Position numbers and translations under genes: made by a program. A stretch of 64,000 nt of DNA from Candidatus Poribacteria bacterium. Its GTDB lineage: Bacteria > Poribacteria > WGA-4E > WGA-3G. The stretch lies in the NCBI GenBank assembly GCA_963663765.2, contig CAXXUA010000005.1, forward strand, positions 64,001 to 128,000. The letters run 5' to 3'. Numbering within the stretch: position 1 is the first letter of the stretch; each line of letters begins with the position of its first letter. The notes under the pieces are model-generated. The model was given only the letters and a program-made list of their open reading frames with translations. It did no database searches and had not been told where the DNA came from. Positions 1-10,277 of the stretch are shown here, one piece after another.

Positions 1-175
1 CGTGACCTAAGCAGTCATCGATCATCGTTTCCGCTACCAAGCGGGAATCTGTATCATTCCATCTACCAGATAGGTCAACAGTGGTGTCACTATCAATTCG
101 GGTGACCTGTTTACCGCTACACCCCGCAAATGCAACGATCGCAATAAGTAGCATACTTGTCAATACTTTGTACAT
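1..175 (-). CDS. lpoB: Lipoprotein of the LpoB (PBP activator)/CsgG-like family; 5' part only, runs off the window
   Basis: Not in the ORF track. Manual translation gives MYKVLTSMLLIAIVAFAGCSGKQVTRIDSDTTVDLSGRWNDTDSRLVAETMIDDCLGH, with lipobox FAGC, an AAAGGAG RBS upstream and a DLSGRWNDTDS motif typical of LpoB-like proteins. Confidence 0.7.
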   Translation of the reverse strand, partial: MYKVLTSMLLIAIVAFAGCSGKQVTRIDSDTTVDLSGRWNDTDSRLVAETMIDDCLGH

Positions 176-235
176 TTGATTTACTCCTTTGTAGAGTTAT
201 ATATGGTAGATTATGGAATTAATTACACACACGTT

Positions 236-279
236 GGTAGGAGCGACCTCCCGGTCGCGACCAGGAGGTCGCTCCTACC
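236..279. repeat. GTAG-type REP-like palindrome
   Basis: GGTAGGAGCGACCTCC-cggtcgcgacca-GGAGGTCGCTCCTACC has perfect 16-bp arms. A related half-element lies at 29059-29141. Confidence 0.8.
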
Positions 280-337
280 TGTTAGTGTATAAATATTTTC
301 ATATTTCACCAATAATAGAAAATAAGTGGTATATCTT

Positions 338-2125
338 TTAGAAATCTAAATCTGCTTCAAGCAAAATTCTATCAACAAAACTATCAAGTGCCATCGCACC
401 AATATCTCCTTCATCTCGGCTACGGACACTGACGGTTCGGCTATTTTGTTCTCTCTCACCAATAATTAGCATATACGGCACCCGTCGTAAACGGGCTTGT
501 CGTATTTTCGCTCCTATTTTGTCGTCACTATTATCTAACACAACACGACAATTTTTCTGCAATAGAAGCTGCTGAACTTCTGTAGCGTAATCAACAAACT
601 TTTGACTAATTGTCATCACCACACATTGCACAGGTGAAAGCCATGTTGGAAAAGCACCCGCATAATGCTCAATCAGCATTGCGATGAACCTTTCAAAACT
701 TCCACAAATAGCACGGTGAATTACAACAGGTCTCTTTTCAGATCCATCAGATGCAACATAGATCAGTTTAAACCTTTCAGGCAGCTGAAAATCAAGTTGG
801 ACAGTCGCACATTGGATATCTCGGTTCAATGAATCACGCACCTGAAAATCAAGTTTGGGTCCATAAAACGCCGCTTCTCCAGGACCCACTGTATATTCAA
901 TCTGATTGTTCTTCAGCACAGACTCAAGAATATCTTCCGCACGATTCCAGACATCTACATCCCCCATGAACTTTTCCGGGTTCCGAGTGCTGAAATCACA
1001 TCGGAACGGCAGGTCAAAACTACCGTAGATGCGTTGGAATAGTCCGAGAATACGTTCATATTCGTCAGCAATCTGGTCTTCTGTAACGAAGTTGTGTGCA
1101 TCGTCTTGACACAATTGCCGGACGCGCGACAATCCGCTTAGGGTACCAGTTGCTTCATTCCGATGTAGAACACCCTGGTCATGCAGACGATACGGTAAAT
1201 CACGATAACTATGTCGTGTGCTCTTGTATATTAGCATGTGCGCGGGGCAATTCATCGGTTTGAGCGCACTCGTAGGTTCACCATCTTCATTTTCAATCAG
1301 AAACATATCATCTTTGAAATGTTCCCAATGTCCAGAAGTTTCCCACAAACTACTGTCATAGATAAGTGGGGTACGTACCTCTTGATAACCTTCACTAAGA
1401 TAAAGCTTTCTCACTTTCTCGGATAAATGGTTGTAAATGAACGCTCCTTTTGGAAGCCAAAAAACACTCCCTGGGGATTCGGGATGCATTTGAAATAACT
1501 CCAATTCTCGTCCCAATTTCCGATGGTCGCGCTTCGCAGCCTCTTCGCGTTGCTTCAGATATGCATATAGGTCATTTTTTGTTTCCCACGCAGTACCATA
1601 TATCCGTTGTAATTGCTCACGATTGCTATCCCCACGCCAATACGCACCAGAAACACGGAGCAGCTTAAAATATCTACATTCCCCTGTTTTCTCTACGTGC
1701 GGTCCCTTACAAAGGTCTGTGAAATCACCGTTATGATAGATTGAAACGCCTTCATCAGCAACACCTTCATCGGTTGCGCTAACCTCACGATCAGAAATTC
1801 CCTCAATCAATTCAAGTTTAAATTTCTGATTACGTTCAGCAAACCATTCACGAGCCTTTTCATAGTCCCATGTCTCCTGCATAAAAGGCACATTGGTCTT
1901 AATCATTGCCTTCATGTGTTTCTCTATTTCAGGAAAATCATCGGGTGTAATCGGACGGGGGACCTCCATGTCATAATAGAATTCGTTTTCTATTGGAGGT
2001 CCAATTGCAAGTTTGACAGTATGTTCACCGTCAGGAAATAATTGTTGAACTGCATACGCCAAAATGTGTGCAGTAGAATGACGCAACCGTTCTAAATAGT
2101 CTTCTGGTTGATTAGTTTCTTGCAT
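338..2125 (-). CDS. thrS: Threonyl-tRNA synthetase (short form, no N-terminal TGS domain)
   Basis: Motifs RHSTAH, DLCKGPH, RDHRKLG, KPMNCP, FYGPK, HRAICGSFERF and an anticodon-binding domain. Confidence 0.97.
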   Translation of the reverse strand: MQETNQPEDYLERLRHSTAHILAYAVQQLFPDGEHTVKLAIGPPIENEFYYDMEVPRPITPDDFPEIEKHMKAMIKTNVPFMQETWDYEKAREWFAERNQKFKLELIEGISDREVSATDEGVADEGVSIYHNGDFTDLCKGPHVEKTGECRYFKLLRVSGAYWRGDSNREQLQRIYGTAWETKNDLYAYLKQREEAAKRDHRKLGRELELFQMHPESPGSVFWLPKGAFIYNHLSEKVRKLYLSEGYQEVRTPLIYDSSLWETSGHWEHFKDDMFLIENEDGEPTSALKPMNCPAHMLIYKSTRHSYRDLPYRLHDQGVLHRNEATGTLSGLSRVRQLCQDDAHNFVTEDQIADEYERILGLFQRIYGSFDLPFRCDFSTRNPEKFMGDVDVWNRAEDILESVLKNNQIEYTVGPGEAAFYGPKLDFQVRDSLNRDIQCATVQLDFQLPERFKLIYVASDGSEKRPVVIHRAICGSFERFIAMLIEHYAGAFPTWLSPVQCVVMTISQKFVDYATEVQQLLLQKNCRVVLDNSDDKIGAKIRQARLRRVPYMLIIGEREQNSRTVSVRSRDEGDIGAMALDSFVDRILLEADLDF

Positions 2126-2297
2126 TAGAAAGTACTCTCAAATTCAATATAGTTAGATCAATATATTATTGACCGAGTCATTCACATGTAACGTTTTTTC
2201 ATTACGATAGATTACATTTAATAATTTAAAATCTCAATGCAGTTTATGCTACATTGTTGACAACTAAGGTTCCAACAATGAAAACAGCACAACCGAC

Positions 2298-5200
2298 TCA
2301 CTGCAAGGATGCCTGCAATGAATTATCCAATTTCCTTCGGAGAATGATACCCCACTGACCAACAACCCAAAGTGTGTTGCCATTTTTCGCGCGTCTAATC
2401 ACATACAGATTGTTGTCAATATCGGTGTGTTCCTGTACCCACGTTTCACCACCATCCGTTGAACGGACTATTGTTCCTTCGTCACCAACAGCGTAAATCT
2501 TCTGCTCGGAAATTGCTACGACACCATTTAGATTCTTCGTGACACCAGTCATGATGGGTTTCCAAGTGAAACCGCCATCAGTAGTTTTTATCACAAGTCC
2601 ACCTTCTCCAACAGCCCATCCCTTCCGCTTAGTGGCAAATGAGACTGAATGGAGATTGCGGTACGTATTTGATTCGTGCATGCGCCAGTAATCACCACCG
2701 TTGATAGTTCTTTGAATTGTTCCAGTATGTCCAACTGCCCAACCAAGTGGTGCGAATTTCATATCTACACTCATCAGTGGGTCGTTTGCAGTGGTACGTT
2801 GGAGAGTCCATGTGGGACCTCCATCTTTGTTGTGGATAATGTCACCATACCTACCAACTCCCCAACCCTCAGAGAACTTACCAAAAGCAACATCATTCAT
2901 AGAAAATCTGGTCGGTGGGTCACCTTCAATAAATGGAGGACGTTCAGGTGTGTCACCAGCAGTCCATATTTTGCCATCCGTTGTATAAAGGACTGTCCCG
3001 TCACGCCGCATTGTCCAACCCCATTTTGGTTCAAGACTCGCGAAGTGTATCCCGATAAGCCCTTGGCGTGGTTGAACACCAAGTTTTTCCCATGTTCTGC
3101 CGCTATCTTGTGTTTCAAACAAACTTCCATCACTATCTGCTATCCACCCGATTTTATCGTTGTAAAACAGTACTTCTCGTAAATCATTTCGCTGCTGTTC
3201 ACCGAGTTGCCGTTCCCATGTTTTTCCACCGTCAGTTGTGTGATAGATGCTCCCCGAACCCCCGACTGCCCATGCATGTTGGGCATCAAGGAAGTATACA
3301 CCGGCAATACCACCACCGCGTCCGAACCGTCTTCTCTGTTGCGGTGCAGGTGGCGGTGGTTGCTCTGCAGATTCGTTTGGATTCGCCTGTTCATTGGTTG
3401 GTGGCAGCAGGCCTTCAGGTGTCAAGCGACCCGGGCGTTGCCGTTCCTGACGGAGTTGTCTTTGGAATAACTCAACAAGTGATTCCTCTGTAGCTGATTC
3501 ACCTTCATCCTCATTCGCATCAGTCTCAGTATTTTCAGTAATTTCAGGTAAAGGTTGTGCAATTTCGATCCTGCGTTCTCCAGTTACGACTGTCACCGGT
3601 TCCCAAGTCCCACCTTGGTCTTCAGTAATGTAGGCGCCACCACCCCCATTTCCCCAAGCAGCCGTATGTGAACTAAATGTAATACGTCGTAATCCACGCG
3701 GACTTTGGGAGGCAGAACGTAATTTCCATGTTTCTCCACCATCCTTTGTCAACAAAGAATCACCATTTCCCATAATTACCCATCCCTGTTTGCTATCTGC
3801 AAAATGAACAGCAATCCCTGGTTGATTAGTCTTTGCAAGTATCTTCCAATAATTTCCACCATCCACAGTGTGAAGAACAAATCCACCATCCCTACGTTGC
3901 GGTGCAACAGCCCAGCCTTCCTGACTATTTATAAAGTGTAAGTCTGTGATGTTCTGGTTTGTTGTCCCCGTCTTCTGAACTTTCCAAGTCCTTCCACCGT
4001 CGGTTGTGTGTAAAACTTGCCCAATCGCAGCACCTAACCAACCTTCCTTCTCGTTGATGAACTGCATCATACTAATTCGTGGTAGATTTTTTTGTGTTGT
4101 TCGGAGAATGGGTTTCCAAGTTTCGCCCCCATCTATTGTCTTAAGTAGAACACCAGCACCAAGAATAAACCCATGTTTTTCATCAATAAATTCCACATCG
4201 CGCAGACTATCACTCACACCACTGTGTTGTGGCAACCAAGTTTTTCCACCATCCGTTGTCCGCGCAATAGCACCTGCTGAACCGACTGTCCATCCTTTTG
4301 TTGTGTCTACAAAATATGTATCTGTAAAATCTGTTCGCCAAGTTGCTTGCTGAATAATATCCCAATGATAGACGACAGGTACATTCGGTGTTTCATCTTC
4401 AACGACAACGACTTCAGGATCCGCTGCGACTGGTGGTAATTTCGCTGGTAATTCGGTGTTGTCAACGGAATAACGCATCGCTATTCCACCTTTTCCAACT
4501 GCAACAACACCATTAGGTGAAAGTGCTAATCCGTATAGATCATTTTCAGTTCCGCTTTCTTGCTTTTCCCATTTTTTACCAGCGTTCACGGTCGTCAGCA
4601 TCACCCCATTATCCCCTACTATTAAACCGTGTTTTGCATCTGCAAAATAGAGTTTATTCAAATTCTCTTGTGTGCCACTATATTGGGTATTCCATGTCTT
4701 GCCACCGTCTATTGTATGTAAAATTTCACCAAATTGTCCAGCAATCCATCCCACATTTTCATCAACAAAGTATACCGCGTAGAGTTCATTAAATGTATCA
4801 GTATGCTGCTGAACCCAGGTTAAACCGCCATCCTGTGTTGCGAGACATACACCAGGCCATCCAATCGTCCAACCCTTTTTGTCGTCAAGGAAAAATACAC
4901 CTTTCAGCATAAGCGAATGAAAATCCCCGACCGGCGTCTGCGGCAGCCATGTTTGCCCTCCGTCAATAGTATGGATAATTGTACCTAAGTCACCGACAAT
5001 CCAACCGACTTGTGCATTGATAAAATGTGCGGCTCGGAATGTAAACTGTACAGGTGCACGTTGAGGTTCCCAATTGGCACCACCGTCATTCGTGTGAACA
5101 ATAAGTCCGCGTTCACCGACTGCCCACCCATGTTTATCTGTCGCAAAATAGATGTTCCATATCCCATCCCAGATATCGTTATCCAACTCATTCCAAGTTT

Positions 5201-6335
5201 TTCCACCATCGTTGCTCATCACCATACTACCTCGGCGACCAACTGCAATTGCACGGTCCGCATCCGCAAACTGTACATTCTGCAGATCGTTGGCAGTCGT
5301 TCCGCTGACCATCTCCCAAGTTGCACCCGCATCTGTCGTTCGCAAAATAGTTCCTGACCATCCAACTGCCCAAGCTTCTTTAGGTGTCGTAAACTGAACA
5401 CCTATTAGATTGTTTTCTGTACTACTTTCCATCAACTGCCAATTTTTACCACCATCCTGTGTGCGTGTGATGAAACCGACATCTGCAACGGCAATTCCGT
5501 TGTTCTTATCTGTGAAATGAATGCTATTTATCGTATCTCTGACATGTCCATTAATTAAAGGTATGCGACTATCTTGACGTTCCCAATTGACTCCGCCTGT
5601 AGTCGTATGAAAGATTGACCCGTCACTCCCGGCAATCCAACCTTCATTTTCACTGATGAAAAAGACATGTTTGTTATCATTGATCATTCGGTCGCGTTCA
5701 CCCTCAAACCGATTACTCTGTTCTTGCCAAGATTCTCCTCCAGATACGGTATTGAAAATTCTATCATACGTGCCTACAACCCACCCATTATCATCGTCTA
5801 CGAACCAAACGCCGTTAAGCGGGAATTCACTCACGTTCTCATAACTTTGCCAAGTCTTTCCACCGTTTTTTGTGTAGAGGACATCAGCACCTTCACCCAC
5901 AATCCAACCCTCTTTCGTATTTGCAAAGAAAACATCGCGCAACATTGCAATTGAACCACTATCTTGCAAGTTCCAATGTCTTCCGCTATCATCGGTTGTA
6001 GCAATCAAGCCTTCATCGCCTACTGCCCATCCGTAGCGCTCATTCACAAAGTAGACAGCTTTAAAGTCACCCGATGTATCCACTTCCTGCTTTTTCCACG
6101 TTTTGCCACCATCGTCAGTGTGGACAATTGTGCCTTCAAGTCCAACAAGCCATCCCTGTTTAACGTTGACAAAATGCAGATCAGTAAAATTCGTCTCCCA
6201 ATCGGCTTTTCGGGTAGCTTCCATCTTAACACAACCGTTGATAAAAACCATTGAACACAAAATTACAACTATCAAAAATGATGCGAAATTACCCCCAAAG
6301 CTACTCCCCAAAAAAGCATTATACTTAGATTGCAT
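2298..6335 (-). CDS. Very large YCF48/BNR (Asp-box) multi-beta-propeller, probable lipoprotein
   Basis: Many GWxVG..G.I..TxDGGxTW repeats; hydrophobic N-terminus ending FINGC; two low-complexity linkers. Confidence 0.85.
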   Translation of the reverse strand: MQSKYNAFLGSSFGGNFASFLIVVILCSMVFINGCVKMEATRKADWETNFTDLHFVNVKQGWLVGLEGTIVHTDDGGKTWKKQEVDTSGDFKAVYFVNERYGWAVGDEGLIATTDDSGRHWNLQDSGSIAMLRDVFFANTKEGWIVGEGADVLYTKNGGKTWQSYENVSEFPLNGVWFVDDDNGWVVGTYDRIFNTVSGGESWQEQSNRFEGERDRMINDNKHVFFISENEGWIAGSDGSIFHTTTGGVNWERQDSRIPLINGHVRDTINSIHFTDKNNGIAVADVGFITRTQDGGKNWQLMESSTENNLIGVQFTTPKEAWAVGWSGTILRTTDAGATWEMVSGTTANDLQNVQFADADRAIAVGRRGSMVMSNDGGKTWNELDNDIWDGIWNIYFATDKHGWAVGERGLIVHTNDGGANWEPQRAPVQFTFRAAHFINAQVGWIVGDLGTIIHTIDGGQTWLPQTPVGDFHSLMLKGVFFLDDKKGWTIGWPGVCLATQDGGLTWVQQHTDTFNELYAVYFVDENVGWIAGQFGEILHTIDGGKTWNTQYSGTQENLNKLYFADAKHGLIVGDNGVMLTTVNAGKKWEKQESGTENDLYGLALSPNGVVAVGKGGIAMRYSVDNTELPAKLPPVAADPEVVVVEDETPNVPVVYHWDIIQQATWRTDFTDTYFVDTTKGWTVGSAGAIARTTDGGKTWLPQHSGVSDSLRDVEFIDEKHGFILGAGVLLKTIDGGETWKPILRTTQKNLPRISMMQFINEKEGWLGAAIGQVLHTTDGGRTWKVQKTGTTNQNITDLHFINSQEGWAVAPQRRDGGFVLHTVDGGNYWKILAKTNQPGIAVHFADSKQGWVIMGNGDSLLTKDGGETWKLRSASQSPRGLRRITFSSHTAAWGNGGGGAYITEDQGGTWEPVTVVTGERRIEIAQPLPEITENTETDANEDEGESATEESLVELFQRQLRQERQRPGRLTPEGLLPPTNEQANPNESAEQPPPPAPQQRRRFGRGGGIAGVYFLDAQHAWAVGGSGSIYHTTDGGKTWERQLGEQQRNDLREVLFYNDKIGWIADSDGSLFETQDSGRTWEKLGVQPRQGLIGIHFASLEPKWGWTMRRDGTVLYTTDGKIWTAGDTPERPPFIEGDPPTRFSMNDVAFGKFSEGWGVGRYGDIIHNKDGGPTWTLQRTTANDPLMSVDMKFAPLGWAVGHTGTIQRTINGGDYWRMHESNTYRNLHSVSFATKRKGWAVGEGGLVIKTTDGGFTWKPIMTGVTKNLNGVVAISEQKIYAVGDEGTIVRSTDGGETWVQEHTDIDNNLYVIRRAKNGNTLWVVGQWGIILRRKLDNSLQASLQ

Positions 6336-6355
6336 TCTGATTTACCTCCGATTGT

Positions 6356-7261
6356 CTAATAATATGAGTCCTGACCGAAAAGACCTGAGCGCATCGCCGC
6401 AATTAATACCGCAACTCCTACACAAAGAATAATAAGTCCAATCTGAAAAAATAAAGATTTTCTTTCTCCTAACCTCTGTATGACCTGAATCCCTCCAACC
6501 TGTGCTAAAACTGGTGAAACTGCTAATAGCAGCACACAAACTGATGGCACTTCATTGAAAAAATATCCGTTCATCCAAATACCAACGAATAAAAAAACTA
6601 CCACTGGCGATAAACTAAGTGGAAGAACGTGCCAATTATTATCCGACTCAGTTTTCACAACGCGTTTTAAAACAAGAGTGACCAGCCACATCACCCCGAA
6701 AAGAGCAACAACTATACCAGCATGTAACGCTATTAGCAATGTACCTGAAAGTACAAAAACCAAAGCAGTAGCACCAGAAAGACCAAAGTACACAAACGTA
6801 ACCGAAGCACCAGATGGCAACGCAGAAAAACTCTGTTCTACTATATTCCAAACAATGAATATCCCTACTGCAAGACATATCCACCAGATCATTCCCTCAA
6901 CGGGTCCCCAAGTGTGACGATAGTATGAATTATCCAATAGGATACGCGGTAAAGCAACGGAATAAATGAACTGTGTAATTAAACGTTGTTTTCGTGAAGA
7001 ATCCCAAAATGTGCTACTAATTATCGCAAAAATTGCAAAATAGAATAACCATTCAAATCCTTCTTTTGGCGGAAATGCTGGATTCTTTTCCAAGATAAGA
7101 TATGCAATTATGTAACCAATTCCCATAGCATCTGCAATTAACCAATGCAGATGTTTCTTGTCCCCTTCGCGCATCCTAACATAAGCGACTGCAGCGTATA
7201 TTTTGCCACAGACGATAGCAGACAAAAGCATACTGACAATCAAAGCATTCAAAGTCGGCAT
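6356..7261 (-). CDS. Polytopic membrane protein, unknown function
   Basis: 301 aa with about 10 hydrophobic segments; co-oriented between yceI and the propeller gene. Confidence 0.7.
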   Translation of the reverse strand: MPTLNALIVSMLLSAIVCGKIYAAVAYVRMREGDKKHLHWLIADAMGIGYIIAYLILEKNPAFPPKEGFEWLFYFAIFAIISSTFWDSSRKQRLITQFIYSVALPRILLDNSYYRHTWGPVEGMIWWICLAVGIFIVWNIVEQSFSALPSGASVTFVYFGLSGATALVFVLSGTLLIALHAGIVVALFGVMWLVTLVLKRVVKTESDNNWHVLPLSLSPVVVFLFVGIWMNGYFFNEVPSVCVLLLAVSPVLAQVGGIQVIQRLGERKSLFFQIGLIILCVGVAVLIAAMRSGLFGQDSYY

Positions 7262-7304
7262 TGCTTATGTCTCCACAATATAGTCGAACTCATTATCTAA
7301 ATGC

Positions 7305-7940
7305 TTATTTTTTTCCTGCTTCAATACTCACAATAATTTGGATATCGTCCTTTACCCCATCCATGCCGAAGTCAATACCGTATTCGCTTCGTTTTATGTC
7401 AAAGACAGAATGGAATCCCATGACTTCTCCGGCCTGTGGTAACTTCGTTTTTCCAGTAATTTCAACATCCACCGTGATAGATTTCTTCACTCCATGTAGT
7501 TCAAAATCGCCCGTGACTTCGAACATATTTTCCTGTCCTGCTTTTGCATTCACCTTCGTACTCTTGAATGTAATCACAGGAAACTGTTTTGCACTGAAGA
7601 AATCCTGACTTCTGAGATGTTGGTCGCGCTTTTCGTTGGCAGTATCAACGCTTGCAGTTTTTACTTCAAATTCAACCTTGTTCTTGGACATAACTTCTTC
7701 ATCAATAGAAATATTACCGGAAAAGTCGTTGAAACGACCATAGAAGTAAGCAACACCTAAATGTTTAGCACGGAATAAAACCGATGAATGCACAGCATCA
7801 ATTTGATATGTCTCGGTAGCATTCTGAGATTCAGAATGATCGGAAAAAGTTATAATAAGTAATCCTAAAACCAAGAGACCGCTTAACGGTAAAAGCAGAC
7901 TACGTTTAAACTCTGTTTTCATTGCAAACAATTCCTTCAA
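7305..7940 (-). CDS. yceI: YceI-family lipid/polyisoprenoid-binding protein (probable start ATG 7922)
   Basis: Motifs YQIDAVHSSVLF, GRF, SVDTANEKRDQHLRSQDFF, LHGVKK, KRSEYGI; signal peptide. Confidence 0.9.
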   Translation of the reverse strand: MKELFAMKTEFKRSLLLPLSGLLVLGLLIITFSDHSESQNATETYQIDAVHSSVLFRAKHLGVAYFYGRFNDFSGNISIDEEVMSKNKVEFEVKTASVDTANEKRDQHLRSQDFFSAKQFPVITFKSTKVNAKAGQENMFEVTGDFELHGVKKSITVDVEITGKTKLPQAGEVMGFHSVFDIKRSEYGIDFGMDGVKDDIQIIVSIEAGKK

Positions 7941-7954
7941 ATTTGTTATAGTAA

Positions 7955-8076
7955 CAGGACTTACGCAGTTTTCTTGATTTAATCAATAATTATGATGAAA
8001 ATGATGTAATTATCAGCATTTTTATAGGGTTCCAGCGCGCTTACAAAGCACGCCTACCGTTTTTACGTAAGTCCTG
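7955..8076 (+). mobile_element. MITE family A copy (122 bp, TIR CAGGACTTACGCA)
   Basis: Ends CAGGACTTACGCA / TACGTAAGTCCTG; 5-bp direct repeat AGTAA on both flanks; five more copies in the window. Confidence 0.85.
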
Positions 8077-8160
8077 AGTAATTGATAATTAACTTCCTTA
8101 ATACACAATTGAAGTATACCTTACTTTTACCAATGGAGTCAACCGAAAACCGTTAGGTTA

Positions 8161-8820
8161 GGTGTGTAAACTTTTATGCCACCTTTTGTGTCAGAAACAC
8201 AAATTACTACCCATCACGCAGATTTTACGGATAATACCCCGCGACCTATTGTCTTGCTTATCTAAGGCTTATCAAAAGCCATAAAACCTCAGGCATGGAT
8301 CTTATCCGCGTCATCTGTGTCATCCGCGATTCCGTAAATTCCCCACGAATTGCTAACCTACCTATCTAAAGTCGGGTCTGACGTCTCTCCTACAACAGGA
8401 CAATCCCACAATAGAAACCCAATAGATTATACATGATATCTATTGTTCTCAAATCAAAAAACACAACAGATCCTCACCATCAAAAGGTATAAAATTACCC
8501 ATACTCTCAAATGAAATCCAAACTTTTCCTCTTATACAATCGAGTACCACCAAAATGAAAGACCGACAAATTAAAGAACTCAAAAGCAGCTGACAAATCC
8601 GAAACAAATACAAAAATACGCTTCAAAAAAACGATAAAAAATCCATTTAGTTGTTTTTTTCAAATTTTCGCAAATTCAATAAACCTTCATGAACCCATAC
8701 CACGACACGATCAATAACACTTATGAAAAAAACAACTAAAAAATTCCACAATTAGGACGTGTTTCACAAAAAACTGGGATTAAAAGCTCTAAATAACAAG
8801 AGTACATTACGACAATTGAA
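8161..8820 (+). repeat. Long ORF-less dispersed element, copy 1
   Basis: Collinear by eye with the reverse complement of 48560-49275. Shared blocks: TCTTATCCG..ATCTGTG..ATCCGCGATTCCGT, ATATCTATTG, CAAATCAAAAAAC, AAAAAAACGATAAA.AATCCATTTAGTTGTTTTTTTCAAA and AACAAGAGTACATT. Confidence 0.65.
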
Positions 8821-8846
8821 TACCTTTAGGTGTATAAGCATTTTAC

Positions 8847-8875
8847 TTGCATATTTAAAAAGTATATGTTAGAAT
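8847..8875 (+). promoter_or_regulatory. sigma70-type promoter for smpB-ssrA
   Basis: TTGCAT-17bp-TAGAAT with an extended TG; the smpB GTG starts 10 nt after the -10 box. Confidence 0.6.
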
Positions 8876-8885
8876 TAACGATATT

Positions 8886-9347
8886 GTGAAAAATAAGAAA
8901 AAAACCCAGCAGAACCCTACTATTACTGTCAATAGAAAAGCTCGGTACGACTATCATTTGAGTGACCGCTATGAGGCAGGTATCGTTCTGCGGGGAACTG
9001 AAGTAAAAGCAATAAGAAATGGACAGTTCAACCTATCAGATAGTTATGCACAAATAACTGATGGAGAAGTGTTCCTTGTTGACGCGTTTATCGGTTTATA
9101 CAATCAAGGTAATCGCATGAATCACGAACCGAAACGTCCGAGAAAACTCTTGTTGCATCGTACCGAAATACACAAACTTGAACGATCTGTCAGAAATAAG
9201 GGTATGACACTAATTCCAACCCGTGCTTACTTCAACAGTGGTAAGGTCAAGGTGGAAATAGCAGTCGCACAAGGTAAACGTGAATACGATAAACGCGATA
9301 AAATTGATCGCGAACACGCAAACCGAGAAATCCGTTCCTATACATAA
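8886..9347 (+). CDS. smpB: SsrA-binding protein
   Basis: Motifs NRKARYDY, EAGIVLRGTEVKAIR, RKLLLH, GKREYDKR. Confidence 0.98.
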   Translation: MKNKKKTQQNPTITVNRKARYDYHLSDRYEAGIVLRGTEVKAIRNGQFNLSDSYAQITDGEVFLVDAFIGLYNQGNRMNHEPKRPRKLLLHRTEIHKLERSVRNKGMTLIPTRAYFNSGKVKVEIAVAQGKREYDKRDKIDREHANREIRSYT

Positions 9348-9366
9348 TGACTTACAATAATAATGT

Positions 9367-9718
9367 GGGGGTGAATTTTGGTTTCGACGGAGGTAATTGC
9401 GATACAGGTTGCATGTCGAGGTCTCCGCAGGCCTCGTAAAATAGGCGGAACCATTTTAATTGCTGATCAAGAATTAGCACTAGCTGCTTAATACAGCTAC
9501 ACTTGGCTGACCTGTTTCCCGTCAGGGATGCTAAAGTGCCGCAATACGGGATAGCGGTTCGTTCCCTCTCAAGGAACACTCCGTGAAACTCTACTTGAGA
9601 TAGCCATTTACGGCTCCCGCACAGGGGTGCCTGAAGGGTGATACTCAAACCTGTGATAAGCATGTAGTAGCCTTTATCAATATGCTTTCGGACGCGGGTT
9701 CGATTCCCGCCACCTCCA
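9367..9718 (+). ncRNA. ssrA: tmRNA; tag peptide (A)ADQELALAA* at 9462-9491
   Basis: 5' end GGGGGTGAA..TTCGAC; 3' T-arm GCGGGTTCGATTCCCGC followed by CACCTCCA; tag ends ALAA; lies directly after smpB. Confidence 0.95.
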
Positions 9719-10059
9719 TCACTACATAGAATAATATGTCAATTTGAACGTGTAAGTTATTGGCATATATTCTGTGTATAGTTATTTTCACTTGTCTAAA
9801 CCAAGATATACAAAATTATTACATTAACAACACACCGGTATGTATAAGGTGAATACCATACGCGCATTCATCCAATAGAATTCACCGAGATAAGAGATAA
9901 AAGCAGTTGTGTGTGAAATTGCCAAGAAACACCTCATAGGACAATCTTGGTAATCTGATAAACCTGAAAATCCTGGTTCAGACAAAATACTTCACAGACC
10001 CATTGTCGTCATAATTCTTGATAAGACCATGAAGTTTGTGCAGGTCATGTTATATATAA

Positions 10060-10181
10060 CTGGACCTACGCAGTTTTCTTGATTTAATCAAGAAATATGA
10101 TGTAAATGATGTAATTATCAGCATTTCTATAAGTTTCCAGCGCGCTTACAAAGCACGCCTACCGTTTTTGCGTAAGTCCTG
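10060..10181 (+). mobile_element. MITE family A copy (degenerate left TIR)
   Basis: Near-identical to 7955-8076; no clear TSD. Confidence 0.8.
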
Positions 10182-10277
10182 ATAGAAAAAACTATCCTTA
10201 ATATAACATGGGACTCTACATCAGAAAGACAAAATGCACAAGTTTTCAGATATTCGGTTATCAGGGGTGTTCCGACA

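Noticed and set aside
9352-9663. 103-aa minus-strand ORF
   Set aside because: Antisense to tmRNA.
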